Shown: piece by piece, positions 62,131 through 64,000 of the stretch
How the letters are laid out: every line of letters starts with the position of its first letter
Numbering within the stretch: position 1 is the stretch's first letter
Origin: Psammoneis japonica
Lineage: Eukaryota
Assembly: GCA_008632985.1 (NCBI GenBank)
Contig: QPGO01000053.1
Coordinates: forward strand, 310,001 to 374,000
DNA: 64,000 nucleotides
Direction: 5' to 3'
Translations under genes and position numbers: made by a program
Notes under the pieces: model-generated
Database searches by the model: none
Told to the model about the DNA's origin: nothing
Seen by the model: only the letters and a program-made list of their open reading frames with translations

Positions 62131-62779
62131 CCAGTCTGCACCGCAAGATGAGAGCTCAGTTTTTCGATGAGCAATTTATGACTGCATTCATGTGCATTTA
62201 AACAACATTGATTTTGCTGTTGAATGCGACACAAACAATGTTTTGTCAAATCATTTGAACACAAGTGCTGCTCTCAATGGTTTTTAAATGGAACATTCAT
62301 CGATCAACAAGTTTCAGATGATGTGAGAAGAAGCGAAGCTCAGCGCACACAATGGCATCAACTTTGGACCCCTTTTCACTGATCTGTTGGCACAAATGAC
62401 TGACACACTTGCGTGAGTCAACCCTGTGGAGGAATCACACATGGAAATGAAATGGTCCCCAGAGGCAAATCGGCGGCAAATTAAGGCTCAATTGTTGGCT
62501 GCAACAAGCATTTTCATTGTTGTGATGGATGACACAGACCACATTAAATGCTGCGGTCCTTGTCATGACATTCAATTTTCCACAAGGTTGAAAAAAGCAT
62601 GCCATCATGGCAACTGAAATCCATGGCCATTTTGGCTGTTTGTTGGCTCGAATGTGCTCTGTTTGTTTTGCTTAAAAGCCATCAACATGATCAACGCAAC
62701 AAAACACATTTGATGTTGAACAAAGCATTGAGCACACATTTTTTGTGCAAAAACGGGCATGAGCATGCCACCTCAAGTC

Positions 62780-63005
62780 TGGAACAAGTCCCAAGCCACC
62801 TGAGGAAGTTGCCAGGATGCAAGGAATCTCAACTCACACCAAAATCAGGTGCTGGTGCTAAATCAAGCCACCCACCAGAGAGCAATTTTGGCAAATGTGT
62901 CTCTGTCCATGTTTGGGGCACTTGTCCATTTGCCAAGCCAATTGTTTTCTGGAGATGTCAAAGAAAACAAGCCAAGAGCCAAGACCCAGGCATGGACACG
63001 CAATT
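62780..63005 (+). repeat. Dispersed repeat copy B (partner at 47150-47410)
   Basis: Same shared sequence as copy A. aagtcacc/aagttgcc and aaacatgt/aaatgtgt differ by CA vs TG. Confidence 0.8.
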
Positions 63006-64000
63006 GAACAACAGGGCAGGCAGGGCCACGCAGGCTCTGCCGCAGGCTTCAACAATTCGTCCTCGTTCAATCAGCGCAGGACCAGTTGCTGGCCGGCCTC
63101 CCATTTCCAGTGTGATTGTACATCGACTGCGGGGACTTCGAGTTTTTGTGTGCTAAATTTCACGGGGCGGAGCTTTTTCAACGCATCGATCCAAATCTGC
63201 ACCACGCACCGTGTTGCATCTTTTCAAAAATCAACATCCATTGGTGCACGTTCTAAGGTGTGTCACAATGGCACATGTCCACTTTGTCTTGCTCCTCTTG
63301 TTCTTGCCAATGTTGTCTTGATCTGCTGTTCTCTTCTTTGATGCATGCTCTTTTGTCACTTGTTCAGATTTGACCATGAGCTCCGTTCTGAACGCTGCTT
63401 TTGCACTCCCCTTCGCTCTGTGATCTGTGGTTTGCTTTCTGTGTTTTTGGCACTCGACTTTGGCTCAGGCATGGACAACCTTTTTCACAAGATTCTTCCA
63501 CGTGCACTTCAGCGATGCAATGGTCAATCGTTTGCTGCTGTTCTCTTGGGCTGTTTTCAAGAAGGAGCGTCGCAAAGCCTCGTCTCCCATTGCCTTCTCC
63601 ATGCAGAAGTCAAGAAAATCATTGCCACGACGTTCAAAAGCTTTTGCGACACAGCACCCCCGCATCTGATGCAACAGTGTCTTTGCAACTGTAAAATGAG
63701 GCTTGGAAACCAAGGCAAGCCAACCCATGTTTCGACTTTGTTCTCCTCGTGAATGACAGTTGCTCATGTGATCGTCGTCCAATGTCGCTTTGTTGTGAAA
63801 GATTCTCATGCTGTCTAAGAATTCTGTCATGTCTTCAAGGGCTTCAATGGATCTCCATTTTCTGCCACCGTGAAAGCTTCTTCCGAAGAGAAAATGTCGC
63901 CCAACCAAAGAATCGAATGACCTTGCCGTTTGCGTCATCCTTCTTTGGCCATGCATTGGCAAAGTCTTTCTTCTGCATGCTTCGTTTGGGTGCCGAGAAA

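Larger units (their letters stand above)
42200..64000. other. TpA-depleted hypermutated domain 2 (nested transposon relics)
   Basis: TA is abundant up to ~42199 and then drops to a few per kb to the window end. CpG content varies between sub-blocks. Confidence 0.9.

Noticed and set aside
31540..64000. Dozens of short track ORFs as genuine genes
   Set aside because: They overlap in all six frames, lack Tyr, and are explained by loss of TA-containing stop codons. Only motif-supported relics were kept.
31540..64000. Classical fungal RIP or plain CpG methylation decay as the whole explanation
   Set aside because: RIP raises TpA and AT content. CpG decay does not remove TpA, and some blocks keep CpG while losing TpA.
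63400..64000. Minus-strand relic ORF as a named transposase
   Set aside because: It looks like decayed coding sequence, but I recognise no diagnostic motif and it is truncated by the window end.

Overview
Eukaryotic nuclear DNA, most consistent with a diatom/ochrophyte: short GT-AG introns, compact genes, bipartite signal-plus-plastid presequences and RxL propeptide motifs. Positions 1-31.5 kb and 39.3-42.2 kb are ordinary gene-dense sequence. They contain a HECT E3 ligase, a beta-propeller membrane protein, an RmuC-like nuclease, CCB2/4-like, methyltransferase and SUN-domain genes, two PLP ammonia-lyase paralogs, a frameshifted CPBP protease, P/S/T-rich membrane proteins, a 10-exon GACC-repeat secreted protein, and a single-polypeptide fatty acyl-AMP ligase-ACP-type III PKS fusion. 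Positions ~31.5-39.3 kb and ~42.2-64 kb, plus a ~0.6 kb island at 15.4 kb, hold transposon relics (MULE, Plavaka-like, LINE RNase H, MITE) and dead host-type genes. In these domains the TpA dinucleotide is almost entirely absent and apparently converted to TpG/CpA (Tyr to Cys/His). The loss has a sequence-context bias, has sharp domain edges and is partly independent of CpG loss. It looks like a RIP-like but opposite-direction (A:T to G:C at TpA) repeat-hypermutation system and is the main candidate for an undescribed system. The FAAL-ACP-PKSIII fusion is the second. All counts are by eye and approximate, and no database searches were run.
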